Source: Catajapyx aquilonaris
Taxonomy: Eukaryota
Assembly (NCBI GenBank): GCA_000934665.2
Contig: KZ538143.1
Span: 62,001 to 116,160 of the forward strand
Length of the DNA stretch: 54,160 bases
Reading direction: 5' to 3'
Position numbers and translations under genes: made by a program. Under the pieces are notes generated by a model that was not told where the DNA came from, made no database searches, and saw only the letters and a list, made by a program, of their open reading frames with translations. Positions 1 to 13,577 of this stretch are shown in pieces. The stretch's first letter is position 1; each line of letters starts with the position of its first letter.

Positions 1-149
1 GCCCACTTCTCTTATGCGCAGGAAGATCGTTAGATGCAACACCATCAAAGACGCTATTTTGCTTATTACATAATACTGTGTTATCAATAAAAGTAACAAC
101 TATAGCAATAACAGCTGATGTTTTTAGCTGTATAGTGACTGATTATATT

Positions 150-327
150 TATTTTTTATTTATTTCACACCCCATGCTAGAGCCTTTGGCTCCCTTAGGG
201 GGGTGGATTACCACCATTGGATGGGACCAGGGATAGGGAAGGAAGAAAGCGGCTGTGGCATATTTTTTACGGAAACGACCCCGGAATTGTCCTGGAGGGG
301 ACCATGGAAAACCACAGAAAACCATGG
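150..327 (-). mobile_element. 5'-truncated SINE with A-rich tail and 17-bp target-site duplication
   Basis: TAGTGACTGATTATATT is duplicated at 133-149 and 328-344. A T-rich tail (TTATTTTTTATTTATTT) lies at the left end. The internal GGAAGGAAG..GCGGCTGTGGC...CCCGGAATTG.CCTGGAG...GAAAACCACAGAAAACC resembles the central domain of widespread insect SINEs. Confidence 0.85.
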
Positions 328-2461
328 TAGTGACTGATTATATTAGTAGAGTCTTGCTGAAGGAGAATACTATGTAGCCTATAACTGGAGGCTGCCTATT
401 TTACCTTTTTTGGCAATGTCACATTGGACGAGATAATGCGAGCTGGTATGTAGAGGCTGTTTTTTGGTAGCCGGTGTATACAACTTTTACAGTATACACT
501 CGGCCTGTGTTCAAACGACTATACGTTCGCATAATGACGTCGGAAGCCCAACAGTGCAACAGGCCGGTGTGTAAGGGATCTGAAAGGCTCTTAACTTTGG
601 TAGCCAGAAGTCTGCTGAAGTTAAACAGAGCGTTCACTCCATATACGCTGTAATGCCTTCACAGGTGGTTTACAGTAGTAAGACTTAAGCTCTGTTTTTG
701 TTTCATGATGTCAATTGTATAATTTGAATACTCCAACTCTCCAACTGTAAGCACTGTAAGGTGCTGTAGCGCTGTATGTAATTACAGTATGTAGTTAAAC
801 ATCTGAGACATTTATTCTATCCGGCAATGCGCAACTGATGCATAATATAATCATTGTCGATTTAAATCAGGAAAGCAATTAATCAAGATGAAGAGTTGGA
901 ACTTTACAGGCTTTTTGTCTCGAGAGACGTTTGGGAAGTTACGGAGTGCGCCTATAGAAAAAGTCATATTGGATCGTAATCGTGGGTATAGGAACTTGAA
1001 GTCAACTTGTGATCGCAATGCGGGAAAATGTGGTTGTGCAAGGATGGAAACCTACAGGGAACAAAGCCAAAGGGATTGCTGAGGTTGTAATCAATAAGTA
1101 CAGGTGACATTGCCGATGCCAAAAATAGTGGTAGAAATGTGTAAGCCAGAGTATTACATCAGGCTGACATGATATTGATGAAGAGGACTGGTATAATGGT
1201 GGTAAGCTCTTTGCCCTTCAACACGGAGAGGATTTCCTGCTTTCTGGAACCGGTATATTTTATGACGCGACTTGTTAAAATTAAGGCCCTTTACAGCTTC
1301 TTGATCCAGGCCTAATTATGGCCTATACATAATGAAGAGGATACTCTAACTTTTCGTCCAGCCCAGGCCTGCAGCAATATTATGGCCGCTTCCGGAGCCA
1401 ATTGAAAGCTTATAGTGTTGGGCCTTTGCACGAGGCCCGAAGTAAAGGCCCCAGGAGGCATTTTGAAAACATGCACTGGGGCAAAGTTGGTGCCCTATGA
1501 GCTTCTAACTTTTCTGTATAAACTATTCAACGGCTCTACCTTCTATACCATCACCAACACGAAGTGCACCTGTTACAAAGTTCATTCTTGCCTTGATGCT
1601 CTGGCTTCAAAATTTAAGCAACGGTGAAATTCAATCGGAAATGTAGGTCGCTACATCTCGCGCACATGGTGTCAACAGGGTCATTCTTCCATCCTGGAAA
1701 GCTGAACACGATGTTAGCGTTTACCTTCGAATTGCTGAGGACTGATTTCCACATAGCTGGGACTTGGGGTGCAAATTTATGGTGCGTTTAACACGCGCGT
1801 GTATATGTTGGCAACTTGAATGAAATTCAGGTAGGCCGAAGAAACCGAAAGAGACACTTCCTCCTGTCTCAGAAGAGCCAAAAGAAACAATTCGAAATAC
1901 TATTTTTACATGGCCGCAATCTTCAGTGTGGGCGTGTGATATTCTACTTCCTCTCTATTCTCAGGAGTTTCTTGGGTTGCCAATTCAGTACTGTCCCATA
2001 AGTCTAAAATGACATTTGCAAACAATATCCATCTAGAATAATGCGCAGGAGTGTATATGAAGCTCAATCGGCCGCAACGGATTAAGTAGGGGATTGAAGG
2101 CGCGAGCTGGCGAGGATATGCTTGGGCTGCGAAAAGTCGATATTTTATCGTGTTTATCTCTTTCTAGCCAGCGCTGGGGCTTTCTGGGAAACCTAATTCG
2201 GTGCAGAAGTGGGGGTGGGCCATAGAAAGTCTAGGGTAGGTGGGTGGGGTGGGGGGTAGACGAAAATGAGCGCCTGTACTGTAAGAAAGCGTGCGCATGT
2301 ATCGCTAATTCCTCCTGGCTGCAAATAGTACTGTGCCCAACATTTTCAGTGCTTCTCACCTCCGCGGTTTGAAATCAATAAAGGGTAATCCAGCACCTTC
2401 GAGGTTACGGTGCACTGACTTATGTTACACCCACCACCTTTCCCAATATAGCCAACCGTTA

Positions 2462-3000
2462 ATGATCAACACCCTGAGCAACCTCTTAACCTCCAGATGA
2501 AATCAATGCTTTGGAGGCATCGTATTTCCAGTGCAGTGGGCAGAAAAGCTTCGGGGAAAACGGTTTTTTTCCCCTCCTCGAAACCTAATCAAGATGGCTG
2601 CCGTTTGGTTGGAAATACCCGGATGTTAGAAAACACCCGGATGTTTTAAAATGGCTGTCTTTCCTAGGAGTTTAAGCAGCGGCACAAAATAATAGAAAAT
2701 CAATCCCGTTGTGCATAGGGAAATGGGCCGAATGGAATGAAGGAAGAGAAGATGGTCCTGAAGCAACATTGCAGGGCGTGGGGATGAATAAATTCGAGCT
2801 GTTCAAAAAAGTGTCAGACTGAGGCCCTCCTGGCCATTACCCCGTTCAAGAAGTACGGGGGAACAGATTTGTTTCATCTCCCCTACTCATGCTTCCTCAG
2901 CCAAATCACGCCTGCAATCATCTTCTGCACGGGTTAGTGTGCTGCTGCGAGATACCCCCAAAATTCAGGTTTCGCATTATCCTTACTCCTTCACTTCCCA
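2462..3000 (+). pseudogene. decayed rhabdovirus-like glycoprotein G fragment (N-terminal), candidate EVE
   Basis: ATG at 2462 reads MINTLSNLLTSR*NQCFGGIVFPVQW (signal peptide-like, then IVFP as in VSV G FTIVFP). Later, across frameshifts: LQGVG..KFELFKKCQT, FISPT and VSHYPYS. Confidence 0.4.
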
Positions 3001-3064
3001 GGTCGTAATTCCTCTACGTGTTGCGGCTCGACTTATTGATTCTGTACTTTTTATGTTCCCTTAG

Positions 3065-3330
3065 CTGCCGTGATAAACGAGAAAACTCCGACGTTTCCTC
3101 CCCAAAATAATGCATAGATAATGAAGGTTCATGAGCACGCGTGGTCCGAATCCTACGTTTTGGACAGATATATATTTTTTGCAACCTCCCCAGGTTGTTG
3201 AATTAGTAGTAGTTGGTGGAAGGTGTGATTGCACTACGATGAGATCGATGTGACCCTCGAGGATGTTTCAGTCCAGTAACTTTGCCCATTTCGAGCCTGC
3301 TTGGGATGTGGCAGGGAAAAGGGGGGAAAT
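3065..3330 (+). pseudogene. decayed rhabdovirus-like G fragment, candidate EVE
   Basis: PTFPPQ at 3088 (cf. VSV G PGFPPQSC), followed in another frame by VVGGRCDC at about 3210 (cf. the NGKC/GGKC motif). Confidence 0.3.
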
Positions 3331-4850
3331 CGGCACAATTGGGAGGATTGGCTTTCATCAGGATTACTTGATTACCACCCTCCTGCTGGCAGGACGTTTG
3401 GAATATTTTATAGCCACATGGGTAATTTATATCCAGTAAGCCTAGGGGTTCCCAGTAGGTATATATTCCACCCCCGCATCCATGGACACGCTATAATGTT
3501 TTTAAAAAATTGAATTACCCTTGTTTGCTCAGCTGCGGTTATATTGCAATCAAAGGCCTGATGCTGCACCAGTCCTCAGAACATAAATACTGCTTTTGCC
3601 TGAACGTGGATGGGATTTATAAGCGGTCAGGAGGATTCGAGTACTACCGTGGAGTACGCTTTAATTCCAATCGACTTGCGATGTTGTCAGTCTAACTAGA
3701 AGTAGCGCACTCACCCCCATTCCGAATTCCAGGTTTAATTAATTCTACTCAGTCAGGGCGACACTGCGACGTCAAACGATAGTATTCCGATTTTTTTTTT
3801 CAACTCGACTAGTCCCATGTTTTCCTAGAATTTATGGGGGTAGCGTCGACCAACTTTTACGAGTTCGTTTCGGACAGCGAAGCCCTGTAAATTAAAGAGG
3901 CTTCTGCCCACATTGGCCACAGAAATGGGATAATACCAAACGATACGCGGACTCTTTGCTTTTCATTAAGCGATTAATTTCAGTCGCTAATTAGTAAGCA
4001 GCGAGCTCGCTTAGAAATTAAAACATCCATTAATTTTGGAGCGGGAAATTTTTTGAAGCTAATTAACTCTCTAGACGTGACAGTTTTCTCGTTCGGAAAA
4101 GGTTGGTCAGCTATGTTAATTTCATTTTAGTTTGGGGGGAGGGGGGGTGGAAGGGGAGCATCGTACAGAGGCATCGATTTTTCCCACTACATTTGACACA
4201 GCTTTTGCATTATAAAACACCGATGTCGGTCCGAAAAACAGTGTTCTGTGACGGCTACCGCACGTCTAGTGTGAGAATAAACCCATTGGCGGTGTACAGT
4301 ATGGGTGTGCGAGTATGTACCAGATAGGTCCGAGTAAGGTAAAGGTGTCAGAGAACGTTTGGGGTATGGCACACATGACGAATGAAAGAGAGTTCAGAGA
4401 AGAGCGACTGCAGTAAACTGACGAAAAATGGCCGCTTCCTTGACCGTAGTGAAAAACCGATACGTTCTCCAGCGCAATAAACGGGGACATAAAAGTTGTC
4501 TCGACGCTTTTGGGACCGAAAACCGGCCCAGTCTGTATTACAACTGCATAAAGGAAAGACGAGGACACTCAACTTCATTAAGAATCTAGAACGATTGAGA
4601 AGCGGAAATGAGAAATGTTCAGGAACCGCAGACAAAATCCTGCAGTTATGTGAGCCGAAAGTAGGCTGCAACCCACTAATAACAATCAGATTATGCAGAT
4701 GCACAACAAAAGAGCTGGAAATTAAAACGAGCTGGTCCTTATTTTCAGCCGGATTTTTCCCCCAAAGTATGGAAATACCTTGCGAGTTGTGAAACTCATT
4801 TATTCACAATAATGACACAGTAAGAGTATAATAAATTCAGGTTTAGTATG

Positions 4851-5044
4851 CAGTGAAGCCGTCGAAACCGTGAAATCTGTCATTTCCGGTTGTATCTTTT
4901 TTCCTGATCCATCGTTTAATAAATACCTACGGTTCCGAAACAAATCTTGTTTAATATTCAGTAATTTCCCGCAGTTATCGTTTTCCCGTATCAATCGTTT
5001 TTCAGGGATACTACCGACAAAAACGATGAATCGAGGTTTCACTT
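4851..5044. mobile_element. degenerate pogo/Tigger-type MITE
   Basis: Imperfect terminal inverted repeats CAGTGAAGCCGTCGA / TCGAGGTTTCACT around about 190 bp of non-coding DNA. Confidence 0.5.
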
Positions 5045-5479
5045 ACTACACTTTGCCTGTTGACATTGTTGATAGTCATTGTGATGTCAGTAGTCAGTGT
5101 CCTAAAACTGGATGCAAATTAAAGTAACCTGTCAATAATTTAAAAAGTTACGAATTGTTGTTCTAGCAGGAATTTTAAAAAGAAAAGCAACAATCATTGC
5201 TTTTATCAGACTGTGTAAAGCCCAGTGAATATTTCTAATAATAATAATTGCAACTGCATATGACTCTGAATTCTCATTTTATTAAAAAAATACATGGTTG
5301 CTGTGGTGAACAATCCATTACTTACCTCTTCAACCCTGAATGTAGCACAATATTGTGCTGTTCCCTGCACATGTCGTTTTAAATAACCTCTGAGGGCTGT
5401 GCCATAATTTTGGTGTGTTTTGGAAGTGTGTCCATCATACTGTTGCATACACACGCAGATGTGAACTCGACTCTTGACA

Positions 5480-5900
5480 TGTCAACATTCCCATAGCAGT
5501 GGCAGGTGGTCTAGTTTTTTTTCCATCGATGGCAGGCATCGCCAGGAGCATTTCTTGTCGGTCCATCAATCTGCCGACAGCCTCTCCACCTTCAACCTCC
5601 CCCAGAGCATTCCGGAAAGGCTCCCCGGAATGAGAAGTTATTAAGCCCCATTTTTATCTCCCCCCTCCCTCCCCCCAGGAGAGACTTCTCTGTTCCTGCT
5701 CCTCTGCGGAACACTGCCTGCAAGAACCGCATCTACCAAACTTTTGCCTTCGTCACACTCCTTTTTTTCACTTTTCCTGACAGGAAAGGACGAGGGGTGC
5801 AGTATCAGGGGGGCCGGAAATGTCGGATGCATGTGGATATCTTCAAGAAAAAGGAAGGAGAAGGGGAGGAAAAATAGAAGGAGGAATGGGAAACTGGAAG
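5480..5900 (-). pseudogene. decayed virus-like ORF, possibly rhabdovirus-like G
   Basis: GC-rich, homopolymer-rich island. The minus frame gives HPTFPAP...DEGKSLVDAVLAGS (cf. PxFP..C and DPY.KSL.D..F.GG), but motif spacing is shorter than in VSV G. Confidence 0.3.
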
Positions 5901-8900
5901 ATGGGATTCAAGGTATCAGAAACACTGAGTGATGACATGTTAGCTGGAAATGCGATTGTGTCTTCAAGATTGAAGGTGTCCAAAGTTTTGTTGGAAGTGA
6001 GCAAAGATATTCAGAATAAAATTTCAATACTAAAAATAATACCGGAACATAAATCTGTAGACATGATGCCAAGAAGTGAATTTTATTTATCCCATTATTT
6101 TGTTGATATCAAACTAGAATGAAAAGTGTGTGATGGACACATGTCGAATTAGCATCTGGTTCTGAAATGAAAACATAATTAATTTTCCCCTTTTCTGCAT
6201 AAATACACACTTGTGCGAACAACTGATGGGTCTGTTATACTATTACATCATAGTACGATATCTACACCCCACAAACCCACACAGCGGGATACAGTACATC
6301 GCAGCCTGCAAATATCCTGCCAGTGCCAGGTGATCGCAATAAAATTTCTGCACGATGACACATCAGGAGGAATAGTAATGAAGGCTACATATCATTGGGG
6401 CATATTTTTTTACGTGAATTTTAACACCATACAGCACATATTATGCAAAAATGTGTGATCGTTTTGCTTTTCAAGCCTTCACGTCCTTTGTACAGGATAT
6501 TCTATTACGCACGTTACCACTGAAAGGTCATACACGTTAATAAACTCGGGAACATTATAATGCTGGCAGCAACTGACACTTCAAAGTGCTTCACCAGGGT
6601 CACCTTGTCATGAATGCAATCGAGTAAGCCAGGAAATGCGATGCAGGTCATGATTGTAATTTGCACTATCCTATTTGCCACGTACATGCTCATGGTGGTC
6701 TTGTAACTTTTCCCTAGCCACAAACGTTTAAAACTTCCTAATTAACCCTTTCGAGTTTTCGTCACTTATCTGCAGATAATTTTCCAGCCCCCAGACCGTG
6801 ATTAATGGCCCAACGCAATCGACCATCGCCAACGTTAACGGACAACACTTCAAGCCCCATGTTCCACTCAAGTGGCTGTGAATCCAATATGTTTGCCAAC
6901 TTGGTATTACGTTGACATTACAACGCCGGTCCGTGCCAATCGATCAGTCTTTCCCTGGGAAAACATTTCAGATTAGCTCCTAAACACCCAATGCAGAAAA
7001 TTGAGGACACTGCGCAGGTCACTCCTTTTTTTTCAGTTTACTGATGAATTATTACCAGGTCACTCTTGGTCCCTAACGAGCTGTGGGGAAAGGTCAGTTA
7101 ACATTGACGCTGTTGTGCGGCCATGAATTTGCGGCGCGGTGTTTAGAATTTTATTGCGCATTAACGTCGCTTTAGCACGCACATGTTAGACGGATTTTCG
7201 CTGAATACATTCCAGGGGCCCACTCTGTGCGCTAATGAAAAAACCGAGTGCATTGCCAACGCTGACGACCCCCTCCAATATTATGGATTGACAGGATGTA
7301 TGGAGTGAAGCACTTTAATGCTCTTTTAACGTAGCACAAACTCTTTTTTCCACATTGTGCCAATGGCGGAGAAACGCCGTTTCATTTTTTTTATGGGGCT
7401 TCCATTTTCAGTGGGGGTATGTGCAGTGGAGGTTCAAGAATCGGGTCTATACAGGGGCTCTTTGGGCTTGCCTGTCTTTACAAAGAGCGTTTCTTTAATA
7501 GGATTTCATGTGATCAATACTTTAATGTCGGTCTACAGGGAAAGTGCATTTAATAGTCCTATCCTGAACTGATGGATAAAATCGGGCTGTTGTTGTCAAA
7601 CACAAATGTGTACAGTATCTTCCAAATTCCATTAGGATTAAAGCATGTAGTTTAAAAGCATTTAGAGCGCACTTTAAGGTAAAATATAACAAAATATGGA
7701 AGTTAAAACGTCATTTTTAGTAATATTCGTAATGTATGCAAACCTTTGATCTGTTTCGCATTTTAAAACGTATCTATACACGCATACATGCAAACGAAAC
7801 ATAAAAACATAGCCCTGCGGGCTACTTGCTAACGTAATTGATATTTATTTGAAATGGAGGCAGTGAAAGCTGCCTACTAAACAAATGAAACAGATGAAAG
7901 TGTTTAAATAATTTATTTTGTAAACAATAAAACTGGATATTTTAAAGTAGCTGTTACGAGTTTTTATGCATGTGAAACAAGCCAGTATTATATGACGTCT
8001 AAGTCATGAAATAATTTCTCGCTAATCCTGACGGGAGAATCTGAAAGAATAAGTGTTCGAAATATTATGGACATAGGTAGTATACGGTTTCCTGATTAAT
8101 GCAAATCTGTTATGGCAGCATTTGAGATAAACATATATCATAAAATGAGGGAATTTAACCGGAAACTCTACAAAAATGAAAGGTACAACCAAGCCATAAA
8201 CAATAGCTTTACGTAAGATATCGTCCACCTGATAATTATGCTGAAAGAGGAAGCATCTCTGGATGGGACATAATTCCGATAATTGCACATCGTACGTATT
8301 TCCTAAGCATTACTTTAAAAAGGACTGCACTTAGAATACAGCCATTAACTTGATCCCCGGATGATGCGCCCTTAATTGTTATTTCCTGTGGGTTGAGTGT
8401 CACTTATTTATGAACCTGGTCAATTTTTACGCAATAATGAATTTAGCAGTCATGATGCGTAGACTAATGCGACCTAATTATCTAAATCGTACAAGGTATT
8501 TCGTAAGTATGCCGGAAAGAAAAGGAGCATATTGCTCTTTTGGTCTGAAAAGTCAGCAAACTCACTCCGCCACAATAAGTTATATAGTTATTTTTTACTA
8601 GGAATAAAGTTTATTATCTGCTTTAACATAAATCTTGAGGCCAACATTATGATGGGGTGGTCCTGTACAAAAGATGCACGGGTTTCCGTTTTATACATGT
8701 GAGTAATATTTGACTTGGAATGAGCGGGCCCGCACGAAGTGTTGCATACCACTCAGGATATGCCACATTTTGCTTGCAAAGCAAAAAAAAAAAACCCTGT
8801 AAAATGGAAGTGAAGTCCCAATCTTACGAATTAATAGTAGGATATTTTTTCTCCAGTTTCGGAACACCCTGTGTATATTTGAGGCAACTCACAAATTAAT

Positions 8901-9059
8901 CAAAACTATAATAACTTTACTACCATGGAAAGGAGAACTTACAGGTAAAGTACACATCTTGATGTTAAGGCCCACATCTGATGCAGAAGACAGGCACCTG
9001 AGAAGAAAACCACGTAATTAGCGACGCCATTTCTCGGGAAATTATTAGGTACCTACAGA

Positions 9060-9680
9060 ACTTGTGCCAGACATTCATACAGGCTTGGCCGTGTCGTTTT
9101 GTCCCCCACTTTGCCAACCCCTGCATCCCAAACAAGCCGAGCAAACTATATTGGATTTGGAGGGCATGTTGTAACAGCTCATTAAAGTTGGCGTTGGGAT
9201 AAAGCAAGTCTTGGAAGCCCCTTGACAGTTACAAGGAAGGCCTCCGCTTTTCTCCCTCGCTATGCCCGGATTTGGCGCCATCCTTTCTCCTAAGAAAATG
9301 AGCCCCACGCAAGCTCCTACGCAACAAAAGGCTCCCCCCCACAGAATTTTCAATCAGAGCCATCTGTCGTGGGCGTCACCAAAACACTTCCTTTGTTAGC
9401 TGTCTCCTTACCCAATACGAGATTGTGTAAGACACAAGAAGCCAGCAGGAGTTTGCTTCCCTCTCAGGAAGACTCAACCACTTGTCTATTTTCAAATGAT
9501 GCAAAGGAGGTCTGGGTTGGACCGACAGTTGGTGTCCGGGGACGGGTAGGCCATCTTGAGTGATGAGCTCGGTTGTCGCTTTTGACTTGAACAAATCGCC
9601 CCCGGCTGATAATGAGGGGAGATGAAGTAGCAAAACGGCCAACTTTGAACAAGACTGATGGTGGAGATGGTGAAAAGTTT
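9060..9680 (-). pseudogene. decayed rhabdovirus-like G fragment, candidate EVE
   Basis: The minus frame gives SCVLHNLVLGKETANKGSVLVTPTTDG (cf. lyssavirus G [24 protein letters not shown]) and, downstream, KAEAFLVTV (cf. VSV G DAEAVIVQV). Confidence 0.4.
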
Positions 9681-11699
9681 TACTGCGCTGTCGTTTTATT
9701 TTTTTTCACAATACTAATATTTCTCAAATTCCCTGCTTCCACAGTCATTCTGGTCGTGTTAAAGTGATTCCGCAGTATTGTGGCAGACATTTGTTCTCAG
9801 ATCACGATGAGATGTTGCGGGATAGAGGGAACCAAAGTAGGAGAACTGCCTAATAAAGTGAATGATGTTCTCCGGTTTGCTATAATAATGCGGTTTTATG
9901 AGTGCATGTTGCGATATTGCATAGTACCAGTGGCACTTGAGTGCTTTGAGAATGCACTGTACAGCTATGGCATGTCTAATTTACACAGTAGAAAAGTAGT
10001 GTGCGTGCTGATTAGCAACATAACAATATTTTTTACATGATGACTCGTTAAAAATTAATTGTATTCCTTGTAGTGACGCACAGGGCTATAATTTTCCTAC
10101 TGTGAAACTAATGATGAGATATACACCTCTGGAGGGAGTAGCCTAATAGCCTAATCATCACAGAATCTCCACACAAAAATAAATGCTGCGACAGATTATT
10201 TACAGCAAAAAAGTCATTTGTTATTGCATTAGTATGTGCACAATTCAATTATGGAGAAATATTTACCACGGCAGGGGTCACTTTTTTGTAGATATATACC
10301 GTGGCTCGTAGGATTTCTGCACATGTGTAGCACCGTACCCCCATGCAGTGCCTCCTTCATTACTCTTTTACATATATTCTGGCAACATTCTGAACTAGGC
10401 CTACTCGAGATAAACATAACAGTTAACCACTTTTATTGAAGCATAGGCCTACCACATTATGTTATCCCAAAACTGATGTGCCAATCAACCAAATATTATT
10501 GTGGGCAAGTACTTTTTCCTTTCGTATCCTGTCAGTGGCATTGCAATATGTCACAAGCTGCTGCAACAAATTTTCAAACCTGCACTCCAGCACAGCAAAC
10601 TTTCCAACATGATGTAGAGGCAGTAGTGCAGTGTAGTGGTACTGACAGGATGCAAAAGTAATAACAATTTTTCGCAATAATACTAGAGTCAATAGGACAT
10701 AGTGCAACACTGTTGCTGTGTAAACAATATCACCTGACAGTCCTGAATATTGCACAGAATTGTGAAAATGAGGGTACTACACACATCTGTTAATTTATTT
10801 GGAATGTTTTCTTATACTGTCTAAAAAGCATACCATCCTTTACCTGAATTTCGCAATTTTGATGCCTTTGTGGAAAAAACTAATCAATAAATAATATTGT
10901 TTGCAAGTTATTTCGTACAATGATATGCAGAAGGCACTTAAAATGAATCAACGCAAATATTAAATGCTACAGTCACCTGTAAGTTATTTACTTTATTTTC
11001 AGACACGTAATGAAGACGTGAAGCTCTTTGCTATAACGACAAGCACTGTCACAAAATTAATGTAAGCACCCTTTTCAAACCCCAGACAAGAGAGACAGAG
11101 CACAATACACGACTCTTATACTTTATACTGTACCTATTACGCGCACGACAAAATGGGACAAAATCCGACTCGGAATTTCCTATTTCTCTTCGCTTCTTCG
11201 CTCCTCCTGAAATCTGGCCGTCTCTCTTTGACGGGGGCCAAATGAAATACCCTGAAACTTCATTATACAACGCATCACATTCAGAGGCAGTCAGGAGGTA
11301 ATTTTCTTATTTCAAATTGCCGAGGAACATCCTTTCTTCCTAATAGTATTTACGGTATTACAAAATGTGATAAGTGTTTTTTCCTCCTCGTTACACTCGC
11401 TGTGGACATAACGACATAACTATATGGAAAATGAATTATATTTGTTTGAAGACATTTAATCCAATTTAAATTGTTAAAGACCATACTAATCATTCTCATT
11501 TTTTTCCCACTCTCTGTGCACGTCAGTCGCATGTCCTCACTCCGGTTACAATTTCAGCAGCTACCCTGACGTGCCGTCACATTACAAACTCCACCATTTT
11601 TATTAAGCCACCGCCTAGCTCCCACCAGCACCTTGTAAAAAGTGCTAAAATGAACAAACTCTGCCAGCACCATATCATGTTAGAGCGCCATAAGTTCCC

Positions 11700-12260
11700 C
11701 GCTTTACACCCCCCTCCCTAGCGTGACACAACCGTAAAATTGCATTTCCTCATTGCATCCCTACTGCAAATGCAAGCCTCTTTGTCCAGACAACTCTCAG
11801 AGAGGTCAAAGGGGTTTCATTTACTCACTGCAATGAAACATTCCCCCCCTCCTGATGGTACACCCGAGAATCTCAAGGTAACTCTACACACACTAGACCA
11901 GGAAAAGGATCGAATACCCTCGTCCCTGAGCGGGCTCTGAGGTGTTCGGAGGCCGATGCTTGATAATCCGCCCACCTTTCCCAAGGGGTAGTTAGCTGCA
12001 CGTAGAGGGCAAAATTTCCGGGTGCAATCGCAATGAATTTTCAGAGAGAGGGGATGGGGGTGGGGGTTAAAAGTACAGAGTCGGCTGCATTCTGGCAGAG
12101 CTCAGCTAATCCGACTCGGGGAAATGAGTCTATTTGCTCCCCCAGCAAGGTATACACGACGGTCAGATGATGTAGGTCAACACTGTGTCTGCCTGGGTTT
12201 TTAGGAGCTAAAAATCCGGGGGTACAAAAGGGTATGGTGTAAATAGGCCTTGGGCCTAAA
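11700..12260 (+). pseudogene. decayed rhabdovirus-like G fragment, candidate EVE
   Basis: PHCIPTANAS...EVKGVSFTHCNETF...WY...RCSEA, then DNPPTFPK and SCT* (PxFP..SCxW). Several N-x-S/T sequons (NAS, NET, NES). Confidence 0.45.
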
Positions 12261-13533
12261 CATCGATCAGTTTCCAGTCGAGGCGGGGTGTTTTCGTACA
12301 GTGGCCCGATACTTACCGGACCATTATTTATGGGGGTGATTAATATTGATGCGGTGAATGCCGTTTACAATAGGTCGTTGATTTTTTTGCATATTCGATC
12401 ATGATTAAAAGGCTTGGATAAATAACCCGGGCGGCTTTATATTTTTCGTCTGTTTTGATTGAGGTATCAGTAATGTTATACTGTATGCAGTATTTATCCT
12501 GATCAATGGCATTGGGATTTAAATTACTTATGACAGTCATTACTGAGGGCTCTATGACTCCAATAATCGCACGGTCGACGTGCTAATATCCACGGTGAAA
12601 TGTCTGTATGGAAAAGGGTTTTATTTCCATCTGGAAAATTATGTTGCACTCTTCTATGAAGTTTTGTAAAAAGTGCCAGAATTAAAATAACAGTACCGTA
12701 CTTAGGCCTACAAGTTTTACATACTGCTGTGCTGCTTTTACATTTTGATGTATATATAGTGTTGAGAACTTTTTAATTGACTTTTTGAAGAGAGAAGGTG
12801 AGTATGAATTTTCTAGCCCAGGTTTAATTATTACGCGCACAGAAAATGCTATTATCCTGACATGGAGTGCTTTTACTTATCACACCACACGACGGTGTTG
12901 TAGCCTGTAATTATTTGCTACGCAGCTCAGCCACGCACTTGGTTTATGCAGTATCCATGTCGTTTGTGATAAGCTTAATATGGACGCCATCACATTTCAC
13001 TGCAGTGTATGGGAATGATCGTTAAAATGACGAAAAAGGTATTTTATCATTTCCATGTTCATAATTATACTCGAGACAAATTATTGCAAAATAAAACATA
13101 CAGTACATGCGAAGTAAGAATGTGAGGTTCAGTGATATTTATGGCATTCTCCTCTGTGGTCTTTGTTTTGAGCACTGTTCAGTAAAATAATAACCCTTTA
13201 TTATAAAACTGCATGTGCTTCTTCGTAATTAAAAGTGCAATAAACATTTTACAGTAACCTACATGAAAGTTACTAGGTTTTTGGACAACGCAGATTTTTG
13301 TTGTTCGGTAAGAAAATTATGTTATGGGACAAAACTAGATTTTGTTCATCCAGCCCATTTACAATTCCAAGTACACAGAGAAGATTAATTTTGTTGAAAT
13401 GTTTCTTTTGTAGGAACCCATTTATTTGTTATTCTGAGTCTGACCGGCCCATGTTGCACCACCAAAGCAATTTTTTTGCCTACCAGCTCAGGCAACAACA
13501 TTGCTTCCTGAGTGCAGGAGTAATTCACTTTAC

Positions 13534-13577
13534 ACTGTAGAAGTAATAAGGGAAAATTCACTTATTACTTCTACAGT
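13534..13577. repeat. hairpin / short inverted repeat
   Basis: ACTGTAGAAGTAATAAG (13534-13550) is the exact reverse complement of CTTATTACTTCTACAGT (13561-13577). Confidence 0.85.

Noticed and set aside
9400..9450. ASCVLHN resembling the PIF/Harbinger transposase C-terminal motif
   Set aside because: No upstream Harbinger DDE motifs were found, and the surrounding residues fit a rhabdovirus G reading better.
12060..12260. Minus-strand PIYTIP...VDLHHL resembling the rabies G N-terminus
   Set aside because: The spacing does not fit, and the plus strand carries a longer ordered series of G motifs, so it is treated as coincidence.
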